Notes: generated by a model from the sequence alone, not told the origin. Shown: positions 1-21,100, numbered from the whole stretch's first letter. The stretch is 62,973 nucleotides of DNA, filler included, from Collodictyon triciliatum (GCA_043381765.1; 8 parts of 8 records of this genome joined end to end with filler, not necessarily neighbours in it); one strand, 5' to 3'. Numbers and translations: made by a program.

Positions 1-83
1 ATTTACTTCTTTTTCTCCTTTTCACGTCCAATCTGTGTAATTTGTGAATAAAGGTGCCAAAGATATTCTTTTCCGGATGGCCA

Positions 84-84
<1 letters not shown>

Positions 85-137
<53 letters not shown>
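85..137. repeat. (ATT)n microsatellite
   Basis: Perfect trinucleotide tract. Confidence 0.95.
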
Positions 138-167
138 TTAAAACACTTTTTTATTCCAAATGGAAAG

Positions 168-1223
168 GAATTTTGAAAAATACTCATTTTAAAACCATCG
201 CCAGGACGGAAGGAAGCATTATCTGCCGCCCTGCGAAAGTGGACGACGATAACCTCGATAATATCGATGACTATTTCGATAGTGATAGTGACAGAAATAC
301 TGGCTCAAATACACAAATAACACAGCTTGAAACTCACCCAGGAGGTTCGTCTTTGCACCTCTCTTTCCTTATGTCATATTCGTACTTCACTTTGGAGGGT
401 GGACTTAATCGGAAATGAAAGATAGGGATATTTGTTAATTCGTCGATTTTACTTCAACAGATGATTCTGGGCTTATTTCTTTCGATTCGCCCGAGTGGGA
501 TCGATTTGCCCGCGAATTTGGACCTCCGAAGCGGCGAAGTGTTCCCAGCAGAGGAAGTCACGGTGAACTTTTTACGAGTGACAATGAGAGCGAGGATAAT
601 TCTAGGTATTTAATGATATGATGATTTAAAATACTTAATGTATTATTTACATTTAAAGACTAGGAATTTGATAATAAATAGTAACAATTTAAGGTAAGAT
701 GATAATATAATGTTAAAGATCAAGGGATCACCAAAGATAGACAATTTTAGAAAACAATTGAAAAATGAAAACGCTCATTACGAAGAATAGAACTATGAAT
801 AAAATTGAAAATAGATAGGAAAACAGAAAAGGAAAACGGAAGGAAAAAATAAAAGAGAAAGAGAAAGAGGAGAAAATGGAGAGGACAACATAATAAGCTT
901 GCCATTATAAATGAATACATGGATTGTGATCGTTTTTTTATATAAAAATCATCTATCTTTGAATCGAATAAAGGAAAAAATATAAAAATTATCTATAATT
1001 GACAGCGTGAGTAATACAAACGACTCAGAAGCACCCACAGACGCAAAACAGCCGGTCAAAAAGTAAATTTTCATCGTTTAACACCCTCCAAGAATTTCAC
1101 ACATATTTTTCATGCTATTACATTTTTCTCTTATTTTCAAAAAAGGTAATATGAATATTTTTTTTTAAAAAAGTGAAATTTAGCAAAATATTATTATTCA
1201 TATTACAGATTTTCTCGTGTATC

Positions 1224-1322
<99 letters not shown>

Positions 1323-4300
1323 TAATAATAATAATATTTTATAACTGTAGGGCGAATAATACCTCTCTGGGTTCAAACAAAGCAAAGAAACTAGGGTCGG
1401 GATTGGCAAACCCTTCATCTCACAAATCCACCACCAATCTGTCTGGCCCGAATGTTTCATTTACTCCAAATAAGTCGTCGGCTCCAGAGAAAAAATTGAG
1501 GAAAGCAACAGAATCCAGACAATCAGGAGAATCGAAAGCCCGATCTCCAACGACCAGAGAAATTCCTGCTGCCGAAAGCACATTTGATGTACCTACTGGT
1601 GATGAAACATCTCTTGTTCACACACCTTCAAAAAAGTCAAAAACACCTCCTCGACGTTTACCCTCTGGGGCGCCCCCAGAAAGTAAACCAACCACACCAA
1701 GTCAGCGCACTCCGAGAAGTACTTCCATGGTGATCTACCGCAGTCCACGAGACATTAATATGGGATTGCAGACCGAGAGAGTAATGACAGGGTCAACTGG
1801 GACAAGACCAGATACGAAGCAGAAAACACCCGCACTGTCATCTTCTTTTGCTAATTCTGTGGGTATGAAAACCGCATCATCCTCGAGGCTAACCAATACT
1901 TCTGATAAAGACGCAGCTGGGCGCCAAACCCCAGCTTCACCCCGGGCAATGGAATCTCCTGTGCATACACCACACAACTTTAAATCTGCAAACAAGCGTT
2001 CCAGAGAAAATGAGTCAAGTGAAGGAGGAAGATCGCCAGCCAGCCAGAGACGCACTACCGTCGATGGAAAAAAGATTCCTCTACCAGATAGGCATAATCA
2101 TTCTAAAGCCTCTGAAGAAAATTCACATGATGAGTCAGGGAATCAAGAACACATTCAACTGAATGAAAAGCCACGAGATGGAATTGAACGATTGCCTAAT
2201 GAGCGCAAGATCGACTTTGATTTTGACGAAAACGATGAGCTAGGTGAAGAGACTCGGCAAACTCGCTCGAGTGCAGAACCGCAGTCAACACCTAATCTGC
2301 CTCAAAACGCTGAAGAGTTACCCAAACAGGATGCAAAAGAGAAAAAGCCGAAGAAAAAGAGCAGAACGACAAGTGGGACGCGAAAAGGTAACGAAAAGCA
2401 TCAAGAGCCTATTGTCCACAAGCTTGCTTTGCCCTCAACTAAAATGTCTCAAAGAAAAGAAAATATAGAGAATGACAATAAATTACATACAATAGGAAAC
2501 TCACAGCAAGGCAAAAGGCATGTACCTTCGAGTAGAGAAGATCCAAATATACCCACTAAAAGAAATGACGATCTTGAGGATGGCCTAGATAATATGATTG
2601 AAAGACGTGATCAAAGTAAAGAGTCACCGAATGTGCCAGCCCAAGGTGATCGATCACCTTCTGTAATTGTTCGCGAAGAAAATCCATTATCACGCAGAGA
2701 CTCGGTGTCCATTCCCGCTGCTAGAGACAAGAATGTTGAAATACATGTAGCAGAGCCAGATACATCACCACACGAAGGTAACGAAGGAAGTCCAGCCCTA
2801 AAAGTGACCAAAGAGAAACCGAAAAAGAGTGAAGCCAAGAAGATAGGGAAATCCAAAAAAATAGCCAAGAATGAACCTCAAGATAAAGTTGGAAAAAATG
2901 AAGATAATAGAGTAGATATGAGTGAAAAGGACGACGATGATATGACAACCAAACGGAGCATTCCTCCAAAACCCACCGAATCATGTGTTACTACTGAGCA
3001 GAAAGAGCCCATGACAGTCTCCGAAAAAGCGACCTACCAAACATATGTCACCATACCCATCCAAGACGCTGGCGTAAAGTGTAAGTGCGGAATATCTTCA
3101 TTTCTTATCCTATATATCCAAACTAGCGATAGGGTATATCCCTCTCTGAAGTTCAAATCATCTGAATTTGCATGCAACAAAACTGAGCTTTCTCGGCACT
3201 GCTGATTCTCTCTTTGCAAATATAAAATAGCTATTATTACCCAATTATTTTTTCTTGTATACTAAGATTTGTCTTCCTCTTAATTTTTTCTTTTTGCAGT
3301 ATTCGATAAAGAAAGCAGAGATGATGAAGAAACAGAGATTCGACGCAGTAAACGCATTCGATTGAAACCACTCGAGTTCTGGAAGAATGAGCGCGCTATT
3401 TATCACCGGAAAGATAAAGGTGAAGCTCTTATTACAGATGGCAAACATACTCACCTTTATAATCATTTGTGTGTATGTCTTTTACATATTTAAAACAAAA
3501 ATTATTTTGAAAAAAGAATTGCCAACAATTGAGCTTGTTGTAAGAGTTGAGAAGGATGACGATATGGATGAAATGCGTGTTAGGAGCGTAATAATTAGCT
3601 TTGATAGAAACTACAAATATCATGTTTCATTTTCCATGCAATATATTTCCAAACGTTTGAATGACATAATATCATTTCGACCAGAAACCAAAACCAAAGC
3701 CGGTATACGATGCAGAGAAAATCCCTGTACCGACGCATGTAAAAAAATCTTTCGATTTACATTTTATCTTGGCAGATGTAAAGTTGCCTTATCTTCAATT
3801 TAGTTATGCCCTTTATTCGATTCATTGATTATGTCCTGGTGAGAGATAGTTTTTTTTCTTTGTGGATTCTCTTAATCCTCTACGGTGTTCATCGACAAAA
3901 AAAATCATATGGCTTATCAATATGGTTGTGCATAGACTGAGAACGGAGCACGTGTCTTCGATAAAAAGAAAGGGACAATCGAGCGACGTATGATGATTAT
4001 CTACATTATCATTTATGAAAATCTTAGTAAAGGCTTTTTTATTTTTTTTTATTCTTTATTATTTGCATTTGCATTTGTTTACATTTCAAAGAAAATACAT
4101 ATAGCAAGGTGTTTAAATGAAGGAAATTTATATATGTTTATTTATTACAGACATCGCCCAGTCGAAGGAAATGCTCTCATTTATTGAATTAAAGGAGCTG
4201 TATGAAAATTTGGGAGACCACGTATGTTCCAGCAATCTTCGAATGATGTTTTGAAGCGTTAGTCAATATCATAACGAGGCTTTTTAATTTTTCGTAGTCA

Positions 4301-5297
4301 TTTCAAGAGGAAGGAATCCAAGTTGCCACCGCACTAGACGAGAAGAAGTTTGCCACAGGTTTTTCGTTTATGACAGAAAACTATTAAATTTGGAATAATT
4401 CAACTTGGACATCATCAACGATAGTTACTTTTCTCTCTTTTCTTCTCTTTTCTTCTCTTTTCTTCTCTTTTCTCTCTTTCCCCCTCCTTTTCTGTTTTAT
4501 ATTGCTTTGGTTGTTTATGTCTTGAAAAAAGAGAATATAGCCTGATTTATGGTTTTATTGTGTTTCTTTTCCTGGCTGGTCTATCATAAGTTCAATTTTT
4601 AAGTGTATGTCCATATCAGTAGTTTTTTTTTTGTTTTGCCTAGACTAATATGATTTTTGTAAGGTGTCCTTCATCTTCGTCCCAACGCAGTCAAACCAAT
4701 CCAAAACACCTTCGACTTAACAGAGGTATGATTCTATATACCATACTATTCTATAAACACCACAAAGTTTCCTTAAATTGTCAGATAAAATACCACAGCC
4801 CCAACGAATTACACATCGCTGAAGAGGAAGCAGAAACACCATTAAACAAATATTTCAGTATCTTACTAAATAAAAACCTTCTAATATCTCCTTTCTTTTC
4901 TTGGTGTACTTATCCAGCTGTTCTATGTATCCTCCGGCGATATCGAAATCACCTGTCATGAGTAATACATTTGATATCGATTGTTTCAAAAAACCCGAGT
5001 AGTGTTTCTCCTAGTTTGAGCACGAACACTCATCTTAGAATAATTCAAAGGTCTCAGTTTTCTCTTTGGAAAGGCTCATTCTTCTATATCCCACCACACA
5101 ACTCATACACCATAAAAAATTTGTCAGACACCAAGTAAGTGGCATGCTGTTTTCGTATTCTTTTCTCAAAACTAATCGAATATTTATTATTGTTCCGATT
5201 ATTTTCTACGAAACAAAACAGTTTTCACACATTTTCAACAAAGTTTGCCATTTTTAGGTCTGCGACCCTCATTTTCAGCATCATCCGATTGAAGTAA
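168..5297 (+). CDS. CENPC: Centromere protein C (CENP-C/Mif2), multi-exon, 5' end uncertain
   Basis: CENP-C motif RRSKRIRLKPLEFWKNERAIY starts at 3341. The C-terminal cupin is spread over exons (FATG/VLHLRPNAVKPIQNT...FSLWKGSFFYIPPHNSYTIKNLSDTK/SATLIFSIIRLK*). There is an N-terminal Mif2_N-like stretch (RTEGS...VDDDNLDNIDDYFDS) and a long disordered S/T/P/K/E-rich exon at 1351-3080. Confidence 0.88.
1224..1336. repeat. (AAT)n microsatellite, intronic in CENP-C
   Basis: Near-perfect trinucleotide tract upstream of the acceptor at 1350. Confidence 0.95.
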
Positions 5298-5887
5298 TGC
5301 TCGCGTTGATAGCTTTCTCATACGGTCCACATAATTGCGGATTGATACCGCACCAGGAAAAGAAATCAAACATACAACGACAACGTGATAAACATTCTAT
5401 CGATCAGAATGTAAGATAACAAGAATGAGATGAGCAAGGGGAATGCAGCAAAACTGAAATATGTTAGAATACACTTCAAATCATGCGGCAGACTCATCGC
5501 CCATCAATATATTCCAAGAAATTAATTCATCCACTTAATAAAAGAGACTATCACCCGATTACCTTCTTTAAAAGGTGGCTTCAAAAAAAATCTGAAAGCT
5601 GTAGCACAATTACCCACACAGCACCCAACCGATGTCAAACCCATATATAAGGTCATTGTCACTACTTGCTTATGGCTGCTGAAAAAACAAAGGTCGGTCG
5701 ATATCATTGTGATGAGCGCCCGATTTCATGCTTGATGGATACGATATACCTTCGCTCATAGTCTACTAGTTTTCGTTGCCCTTCCTTTCTTTTCTTTTCT
5801 TCTTTTTCCATTTCCTGTAGTTTCTTTTTTTTTTTCCTGTTATTTTCTGTCCTGCGATGGTCTTGTGTTTTTATGGAGGCACTGTCT

Positions 5888-7665
5888 TCATTGCGGCTGT
5901 GTGAGTGCGGTCCACACAGGGGATGCAACCTGCTGTGCGACAACGTAGTTTGGTTTCTGCCATCGCAGCCTCTTGAAAAGCGTGGGTTGGTAATCCGGTT
6001 TGTCGCTCTTGAACGAAAATCGTTTCTCCTCAACCTATCCCATCGTGTTGTAAGAAAAAAAGCACCAAAAAAGAAAGAAAAAAGAAAAGGGAGTTGTACA
6101 TATGGATAGTTGCCCGAACACATGTCCCTCTAAATAACAAGATAAAAGAGGAAAATAATAAGACAATCTTCATGCTTTTCAAATGAAACCATGAGTGGGC
6201 GCTCCTTGATTTCGGCTATAACATCGTCCACGTCGATGGGGTCTTCGTCGAGAGATTGGTGCGGAACAAAGAATCTCTCATAACAGATAAAAAAGAGAGT
6301 ATTCACCAGCGCTATAATCCACAATGTCCACCTAATTTTCATTTACAGGTTCCATTTCGTTAACTACTTTGATGTTGATACTGCTTTTTTTTTTTTCTCA
6401 AACAAGAAATAAAAATAGAAAATGCGCGACACAAACTGTCATACCTGGTTTCTTCCTTGATTGATTCCATTTCAAATGCATCTTTTAGCCATTCATAAGG
6501 CCTTGAAAAAATTAAACAACAACAGGGGTTTGTAAACATAGTGGGATTATTACGTTCGATATGAATATTTATTTTAATAATAATAAAAAAAAAAAGCATA
6601 AATCTTGTTTGATAAACTCTATTCTCCGTTGAAAGTTTCGAATGAGACTTTAAGCAGAAGAAACTAAAAAGGGTTTACCTTATCATCATCAAAGTGTTCA
6701 TGGCAAACTGAGCACTGAAAACAACAGTGAGATAGATGTTTTGGTAGACCGATTGACGGAAAATACCAAAGCTCTGGCTCAATGCAAGTCCAACTCCAGA
6801 GTACTGAAAGTTTGCGAAAGTAAAGCTTTCGGTAGAGTCTTGGTTTACAAGCGGGTCTGTATCATCGTCTGGGGTCACATAGCCACCTGTTCTCAAGTGG
6901 ATTTTTATTAGAAAAATAAGATTAAAGTGGCCTCTTGTCACACACAGCACGACATATGGTTCTTTTGGTGGTTTCCATACAGTTGATATGTTATTTTCTA
7001 TTAGCAATACTGAAGACAAAAAAACAACAAAAAACAACAAAAAACAACAAAAAACAACAAAAAACAACAAAAAACAACAAAAAAAAACAACAAAAAACAA
7101 CAAAAAAACAACAAAAACAAGCAAACCAAAAAAAAGCATGCCTTTTTGGATGAAAACTTGTGATTATATGGAGGAAACAATGAAAGAAATACTTGTTGTC
7201 CTGAAGTACTCGTTCGCCCCCACTTGAAAAGCAACAACGATGATTGCCAGCCCAAATACAGAGCGAAAGACAGTAGCAGAGACAAGGTCAGATTCAGGAC
7301 GGCCACGTGATAGATTTTTTCTCGCTTTAATTAAAGGCATGGTAATTGCCAAAGGAAATACAAGTCCTAGCAAAGTTGGTCGATGGTATTGTTATGAAAA
7401 TATACATATCGATTGAAAGAGTGGAAAAGTGGGAAAAGGGCTATTATATGACTAAATAAAATATTATTGTTTGAAGTCCGATGAGTTTTAATGTGTCAAT
7501 CAAACCCAAGTCCGCCCAAATATACTGATAGTCTCCTAGCTCCAAAAGGCTGCGGTAAAGAATCACCACCGACGTAAATTGAATCAGCCCGTAGCAGAAC
7601 ATAAATCGAAACATCGAAAAAGTAGAGACAATACAACTTCGTCCTTCTAAGAGAACCTCTGCAAC
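5888..7665 (-). CDS. P5B-type cation/polyamine-transporting ATPase (ATP13A/YPK9-like), C-terminal membrane region only
   Basis: VAEVLLEGRSCIVSTFSMFRFMFCYGLIQFTSVVILY, LSRGRPESDLVS and FTFANFQYSGVGLALSQSFGIFRQSVYQN match the conserved post-P-domain TM5-TM10 motifs of P5B ATPases. The 5' part lies beyond the contig end. Confidence 0.85.
7017..7135. repeat. (CAACAAAAAA)-like low-complexity tract, intronic
   Basis: Imperfect A/C tandem repeat. Confidence 0.85.
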
Positions 7666-7671
7666 CTAACC

Positions 7672-7751
<80 letters not shown>

Positions 7752-7851
7752 NNNNNNNNNNNNNNNNNNNNNNNNNNNNNNNNNNNNNNNNNNNNTTAAT
7801 TAATTAANNNNNNNNNNNNNNNNNNNNNNNNNNNNNNNNNNNNNNNNNNNN
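7752..7851. other. Artificial contig spacer (N44-TTAATTAATTAA-N44)
   Basis: Six-frame stop linker flanked by Ns. Confidence 0.97.
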
Positions 7852-7952
7852 AAAAGAAAAAAGAAAAAAGAAAAAAGAAAAAAGAAAAAAGAAAAAAGAA
7901 AAAAGAAAAAAGAAAAAAGAAAAAAGAAAAAAGAAAAAAGAAAAAGAAAAAG
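7852..7952. repeat. (AAAAAAG)n contig-end repeat
   Basis: Heptamer tandem repeat; poly-A 7674-7751 ends the previous contig. Confidence 0.9.
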
Positions 7953-8218
7953 GAGAGATGTCATAGCTACATGCTAGTTTGTTCGCCCCAATGATTGCAC
8001 TGGAGAGCGCATACGTTTTATTTGATTACGGTGGTATCTTTCACTAAAAAGCACGCGAAGATTACATTCTTCCACCAAACAGCCTCAAACATGCCGGGAT
8101 TTCTTTAAACCCTTAATCATCAGGAATAGCATAAAGCGGTGGTAACCCGAGTTGACTACCCCAGCAATTTTGCCGTGTCTCCGTGAAGAGAGGAAAGGAA
8201 GGAAAGTTGGAGTTTTCC

Positions 8219-15388
<7,170 letters not shown>

Positions 15389-15522
15389 GTAAGACGACAA
15401 TCCATTTAGTTAATTTGGGGTCACGAGCTCGAAATTATTACATTTATGCAGCAAACAAAATTGTTTACAATTTTGATTGATAATATTAGTATTGAGAATA
15501 TTGGTCTAGCTGAATCCATTTT

Positions 15523-15644
<122 letters not shown>

Positions 15645-15744
15645 NNNNNNNNNNNNNNNNNNNNNNNNNNNNNNNNNNNNNNNNNNNNTTAATTAATTAA
15701 NNNNNNNNNNNNNNNNNNNNNNNNNNNNNNNNNNNNNNNNNNNN
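15645..15744. other. Artificial contig spacer
   Basis: Same 100-nt linker. Confidence 0.97.
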
Positions 15745-15918
15745 TTTTTCTTTTTCTTTTTCTTTTTCTTTTTCTTTTTCTTTTTCTTTTTCTTTTTCTT
15801 TTTCTTTTTCTTTTTCTTTTTCTTTTTCTTTTTCTTTGTCTTTGTCTTTGTCTTTGTCTTTGTCTTTGTCTTTGTCTTTGTCTTTGTCTTTGTCTTTGTC
15901 TTTGTCTTTGTCTTTGTC
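15745..15918. repeat. Compound (TTTTTC)n-(TTTGTC)n microsatellite
   Basis: Two adjacent hexamer tracts. Confidence 0.95.
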
Positions 15919-16099
15919 ATTCGTACCTCTCGCCCATCAGTACTTGTATATTTTGAATTATACAAAACCTTCCATTTGTTTCCATTCCATTATGTATGTA
16001 AGCTACTTTGTACATGCTAAATCGAATATTACTGACCATTTACTGTACTCAAGGTTATTTTCTTTCACTCTGTCTGTCTAATGAAAACTTGCACATTAG

Positions 16100-17327
16100 T
16101 ATGACGGAGAAGGTAATGTAGTCAATCCAGGAAGCGTTTTCAGTAAAGGAAAAGTACAGCCATTAAAAGCAATGAAGCCTGTAAACTTCGATGTAGATGT
16201 AGTATATGAAGTCAAGGTTTCAAGAGATACCATTCTTTTTTGAAGCACATTAGCTCATGATAAAACCTTCCGTGCATGAAACGAACAAGCAATTATGTAT
16301 GTATATATCTATCTATCGATATACTTGTAGTCTCCGAAGCCTCCATTGGCCACGCTTTCAAAACTGCGGTCTCAATCGTAAGAATGAAACACATTTATCT
16401 TTGCAATATTGATCGTATATGCTTTCGATTTCATCATATCTTTTACATTACATTTATTCCCATTTATCTTTGTTATGCAAGCGATGACTTTTCCAGTTGT
16501 AAATCTAATTATAGCCAGGCAGATATTTTATACCTCGATATCAACTCTATCTCACCAACCTCGGGCTCTTGCCGATTGAAAATATAATTATTCACCATTC
16601 TTATAGTAATTTTTTTTAGAACACCATCTACAGCATTCCGCACTGTCCATCAAGTGACATTCATATACCCATATATGCATTGATAAAGTTCTGCCTCTGT
16701 AGTTGTCAATACATGATTTATCTAAGCAAAATTAAACACCTAACAACACCATTACCACAGCACCAAACATCTTATGCTTCAAATATTCCGTGAGAGCGCC
16801 TTTTTTTTATTTGCCCTCCCTTTTTTTCCCATCTAAATCATCGATATAATTTAGGAAGGAAACACCATACAAAACAATCGAACATAGTGCTATATTTTCC
16901 ATACTATTTCTTTAAGTGCCACAATATTTCAATTTGGCTCCTTACATTCAAAACCATCAACACAAGAATCGGGCCGTCAACCTTCCCTCACCGAATGGCA
17001 CCCACTCTCGCAGTATATTTCAATTCTTCTTCCCCTTGAATCACGCTAGTGCCCTGCTCTACATCCGTGCTTAATTTCCCTTTATACTTTCATTTTTTCT
17101 TCCGCCTATCTATCAAACAGACGGCACGCTCTACACGAGGAATTCGACCGCGAAGCGCTTCTAACTCGTGCATGGCGGACGAACCACAGTTTCGCATGTT
17201 CTTTCCAGATCAACTCGAATCACCCCGCAAAGTCCCTTTCATCAGCTCTCGACCGCACAGTGCCCCGCGTCCAAGTTCTAAGCCCCAAGCTCATGTGCCA
17301 GTTAGTCCCTTGCGCCCTTTCACGTGA
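16100..17327 (+). CDS. 3' exons of an unknown S/P/R-rich protein
   Basis: Several short GT-AG-bounded exons (YDGEGNVVNPGSVFSKGKVQPLK...; TARSTRGIRPRSASNSCMADEPQFRMFF...). No recognisable domain, and the last exon and stop are uncertain. Confidence 0.45.
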
Positions 17328-18136
17328 TGCCTGCATTGCTCACTCCTCTTCTCCTTTCCTTTCATAACCTCTTCGTAGCAGAATCAGCCAAAATCGACAA
17401 CCAGTAATGGTGGATGCGGTCTATCTAAATTGCTCTTTTCTTGGGGTGGTCGGCTGTGACTCTGTAAGTAACGAAATAAAACATCCTGGCCTCATCAAAT
17501 GAAAATCGGTCGCATACGTTCATGAAATGCATTTATAGTGTCGAATGAAACAAAGAGTTCACCTTCCTCTGTTGCATACACACCCCTGATTCAAAAGCCT
17601 TTGTTCTTACGCCCAATAAAACATAACCAAATGACCCACGACTCCAAAATACTCTGGACAGTCACAAGGGGACATATGCTGTGTCCTCATGGAGTGTGCG
17701 CGCATTCTCTCGCTCTAATGATTCGACCGAACGAGAAATCAATATATCCAGGCTTGAAAGCCTCGTGCAGCACAGCCTCTTAAACAGTTTGCTGAAGCAC
17801 GCCATATTCATGGCTTCTCTGACCATAGGCGTAGAGAGATGTGGGAATGTGTCGTGAAATATCTCCCACAACATATTCAATCACTACTACCTTCGCAACC
17901 AATCAACCAGTTGGGACGCCCACCTGACAAACTCGCTATCACCGATTTCTTTCCAGTGGTTGCATCTTCACAGCAGCGTCTTCTTCTACTTGCATTTGCT
18001 CTACAATATCCATTGTGTTGGCTTGTTAATTCGGCCTTTTTTTTTCAAACTTATTAAACATAGCCAAATGCACTTTTCAAGGTATGATAAAGGAAATGTC
18101 ATTTTGTTTCAGTTTATTTTTGCAGGGTACTACTCT

Positions 18137-21100
18137 TTATTGGGACATCGGATCGAATGAAGCACTCTTTTTGTGTAAGCTTTTCATCTTGACCAACTTT
18201 TTTTTGACATTGCCGTTCTGAAAAAGTGGAAAAACAAACGCTTTGCTCGCAAAGTATAGCAACCAGATAGAGTTCATGGTTATGATTAGTACTGTTATCC
18301 ATGCTTGCGAACCAAGCAAAGTGGATAAAAGCGCTAGGAAGAACGAGACAAAGATAACATACAAGCTTGACAGCTCCATTTGATTTTCTAATTTTGTGTT
18401 GTAAGGTTTGTAGACCTTTTGCACCCAAATAGAGGCCTACATATCGTATTGATAATTAATCAGAGGATTTTAATTGCGTATTAATTTGTGAGGTAAATAT
18501 TTAAATTACATGTAAAATATAGGGACCTGAATAACTATCACCAACAGTAAAAAGAAAACCGACGGATCAGAGTATGGAATGACACTTAGAATAAAGGAAA
18601 AAGCAATGCGACGCACGATAATGATGAATTCCCAGTATCGGAAGCTCTGTATGAAAAATGCACATTTATAAGAAATTGTCGACTACCATACTTAATCAAA
18701 AGGAAAGAAAAAGCCATAGAAACTACCTCTTTGTATGGCAAGTACAAGAATCCATATCTCGCTACCGGTTCATAGCCATGTTTTTCACACATAAATCTGA
18801 CTTTACTCCAAGCAAAAACTGGCAACCCAAACAGGAAGAGAGCAAACACCGGAACAGATACTGCAAGCATTTTTCGGTATTCATCTGAAGGGGGGCTGCA
18901 TTTAACCCAGGGCTTGTAATTCAGGTACCAAATGTCTTCGCCATCATCATAAACAGTGCAACCAAAAACTCCAAAAACTTCTCTTGCAATAGAATAGTAT
19001 ATATAAAACAGAAGATTCAAAGTGATGAAGACGGCCTAGTTAAAAAAAAATCTGGATTTTAAAATTCGTAAAATATGGACTTGATTTAATCGATATGTCT
19101 TACCTTGTTCCGTTTATGGCCATATCCAAAATAGTACAGGACTAAACCAGCGATGACAAATATGGGTATTCTCACAAAACTGAAAAGTAGTGAATCAAAA
19201 ACAGTTTTATTTTCGAGTAAACACGATGGATTTGGGAATTCAATTGACCCGATGGAAGAAGAAATATCGATAAAACTGTTTGTGCCGTCTGATTGCAGAA
19301 TTCCAGATGAAATAATGGATAATGTTTGCATGTGAAACATAGTAATCCTGAGTTTTGCTAGAATTTTTTTTAAAAAAGTATCATTTTAGGTAAATTTGAG
19401 CAATGAATTAAGTAAATTAGATGAAATAACCTGATTTTGAAGCTTCTGAACGGTATAAGTAAGTAATAAAGCCACAAAATCCCATAGAACCAAGAACCAA
19501 GGTTGAGTAAATCGACCCTTCATTACACTTCACACATGATCTCCCTTGATTTACGTATCCTTTCTGACATTTTGAACACGCGTGGCTTTCATATCCTTCC
19601 TTACAAAACTGAACTATTTCCACAGTTACATTTGAATATGATACTCTACTTGGAATACGCGTTTCGCATGAATTCGGATTTGGACATGGTAGAATGAAAT
19701 TTAGAGTGGAAACATTTGGCGAGGCATAGCAATATTTCAAAGAAACTCCGTCTAAACATTCACATTCCCTTGAACATGGCAAACAGTCGCTTCCGAATCC
19801 AAAATATCCTGGTAAACATTCACAAAATTCATAATCATAATACTCTGGATTCATATCAACTTTTAGTTCAATCAGACCAGATTTCGAGACAATGGATGGA
19901 CACAGATAAAATTTCGATTCATCCTCCAAACTATACGGCGATGAAAAATTCATGAACCCGGGAAGAAAATGGGATAATTCGTGATTCATTAAAGTATTAC
20001 TTAAACCTAGATATTCCAGCTTTGTGAACTGGCTGTATGATTCAGGAATATTTCCAACTATCGGATTTCCAGTGAGATCAAGATAAGTCCATTTTAGTAA
20101 ATTTGTAAGCTCTCCAAGTTTTGTGATGGTGTTATTTCTTATACTTAATGTCTTAACATTTGGAACGAAATTAAAAATAATCGAATTAATTTCTCCACTA
20201 ATGTTATTATCATTTAAGAGTAGGGTATCATAGTAGTAATTATAATCAATCGATTTGGGAGAAATAAAAAAGCCAACATCACCAAAGAATGAATTGTCGC
20301 TCAAATCAATAGTAACTAGGTTAGGAAGGTTCCAAAACATAATTGGCATACTTCCGGTAAATTTGTTATGGGACAAAGTAAGAGACTTGAGTCCATATAA
20401 TTCTTCAAAAAAATTTGAGATGGTTCCGTTCAACGTATTCCGGGACAAATCAATGTATTGAATCGATGGAATAACCCAACTACCAGGAATAGAACCAAAA
20501 ATTTGATTTTCACTTATATCTAAATTTGTCAGCTTTAGTAGATTAAATGAAGGAAGAGTTCCAGACAACTTGTTTCTGAATAATACTATTTCTCTAATAT
20601 TCACAGAATTCGAAAAATTTGGAACAAGTCCTCCTATTTGATTGTCATATGCAGAAAAACTATCTAAAAATCCTAGTTCTGAGAAATCCGGAATGGTTCC
20701 TATGACGAATGATTAGGAAATGAACCAAAAATAAGTGTAAATTGTAAAGAATACCGTTTAATTTATTGCTTGAAAGATTAATCGATACAACGGACGAAAT
20801 CCTTTTGAATTGAGGTATTGTCCCTAATGTAATAATATAGAATGATTAATAAATTTCACTATCTCACACGCTTATTGAATTACGATAGATTTCTAGGTTT
20901 ATTAAATAATTAAATTACCAGTAAGCTGGTTGCTGTAAATGTTTATACCCTTGACTCTTGGGAGGCCACCAAAGTCTGGGATAGTTCCTATAAGAAATAA
21001 TCAGGGACAAATTCATATCCACATGATATAACCGTTTACTCACCCACGAGTTCGTTGCTGTATATAAAAATTCCCCTCACCTTCGGGGTATTTGTGAAAT

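Noticed and set aside
1203-1460. ORFs with poly-Ile/Leu/Tyr/Lys or periodic peptides (here and at 10735, 11626, 15446, 25170, 31466, 44518, 50086, 57302 and elsewhere)
   Set aside because: These are translations of intronic or contig-end microsatellites, not real homopolymer proteins.
5367-5620. Possible small spliced minus-strand membrane ORF (MTLYMGLTSVGCC.../FAAFPLLISFLL...)
   Set aside because: No recognisable homology, and it lies in the convergent 3' UTR space between CENP-C and the P5 ATPase.
7796-7807. Recurring palindromic TTAATTAATTAA as a regularly spaced biological repeat (CRISPR-like or TE target)
   Set aside because: It is always centred in N runs of fixed length, which is a standard artificial six-frame stop linker.
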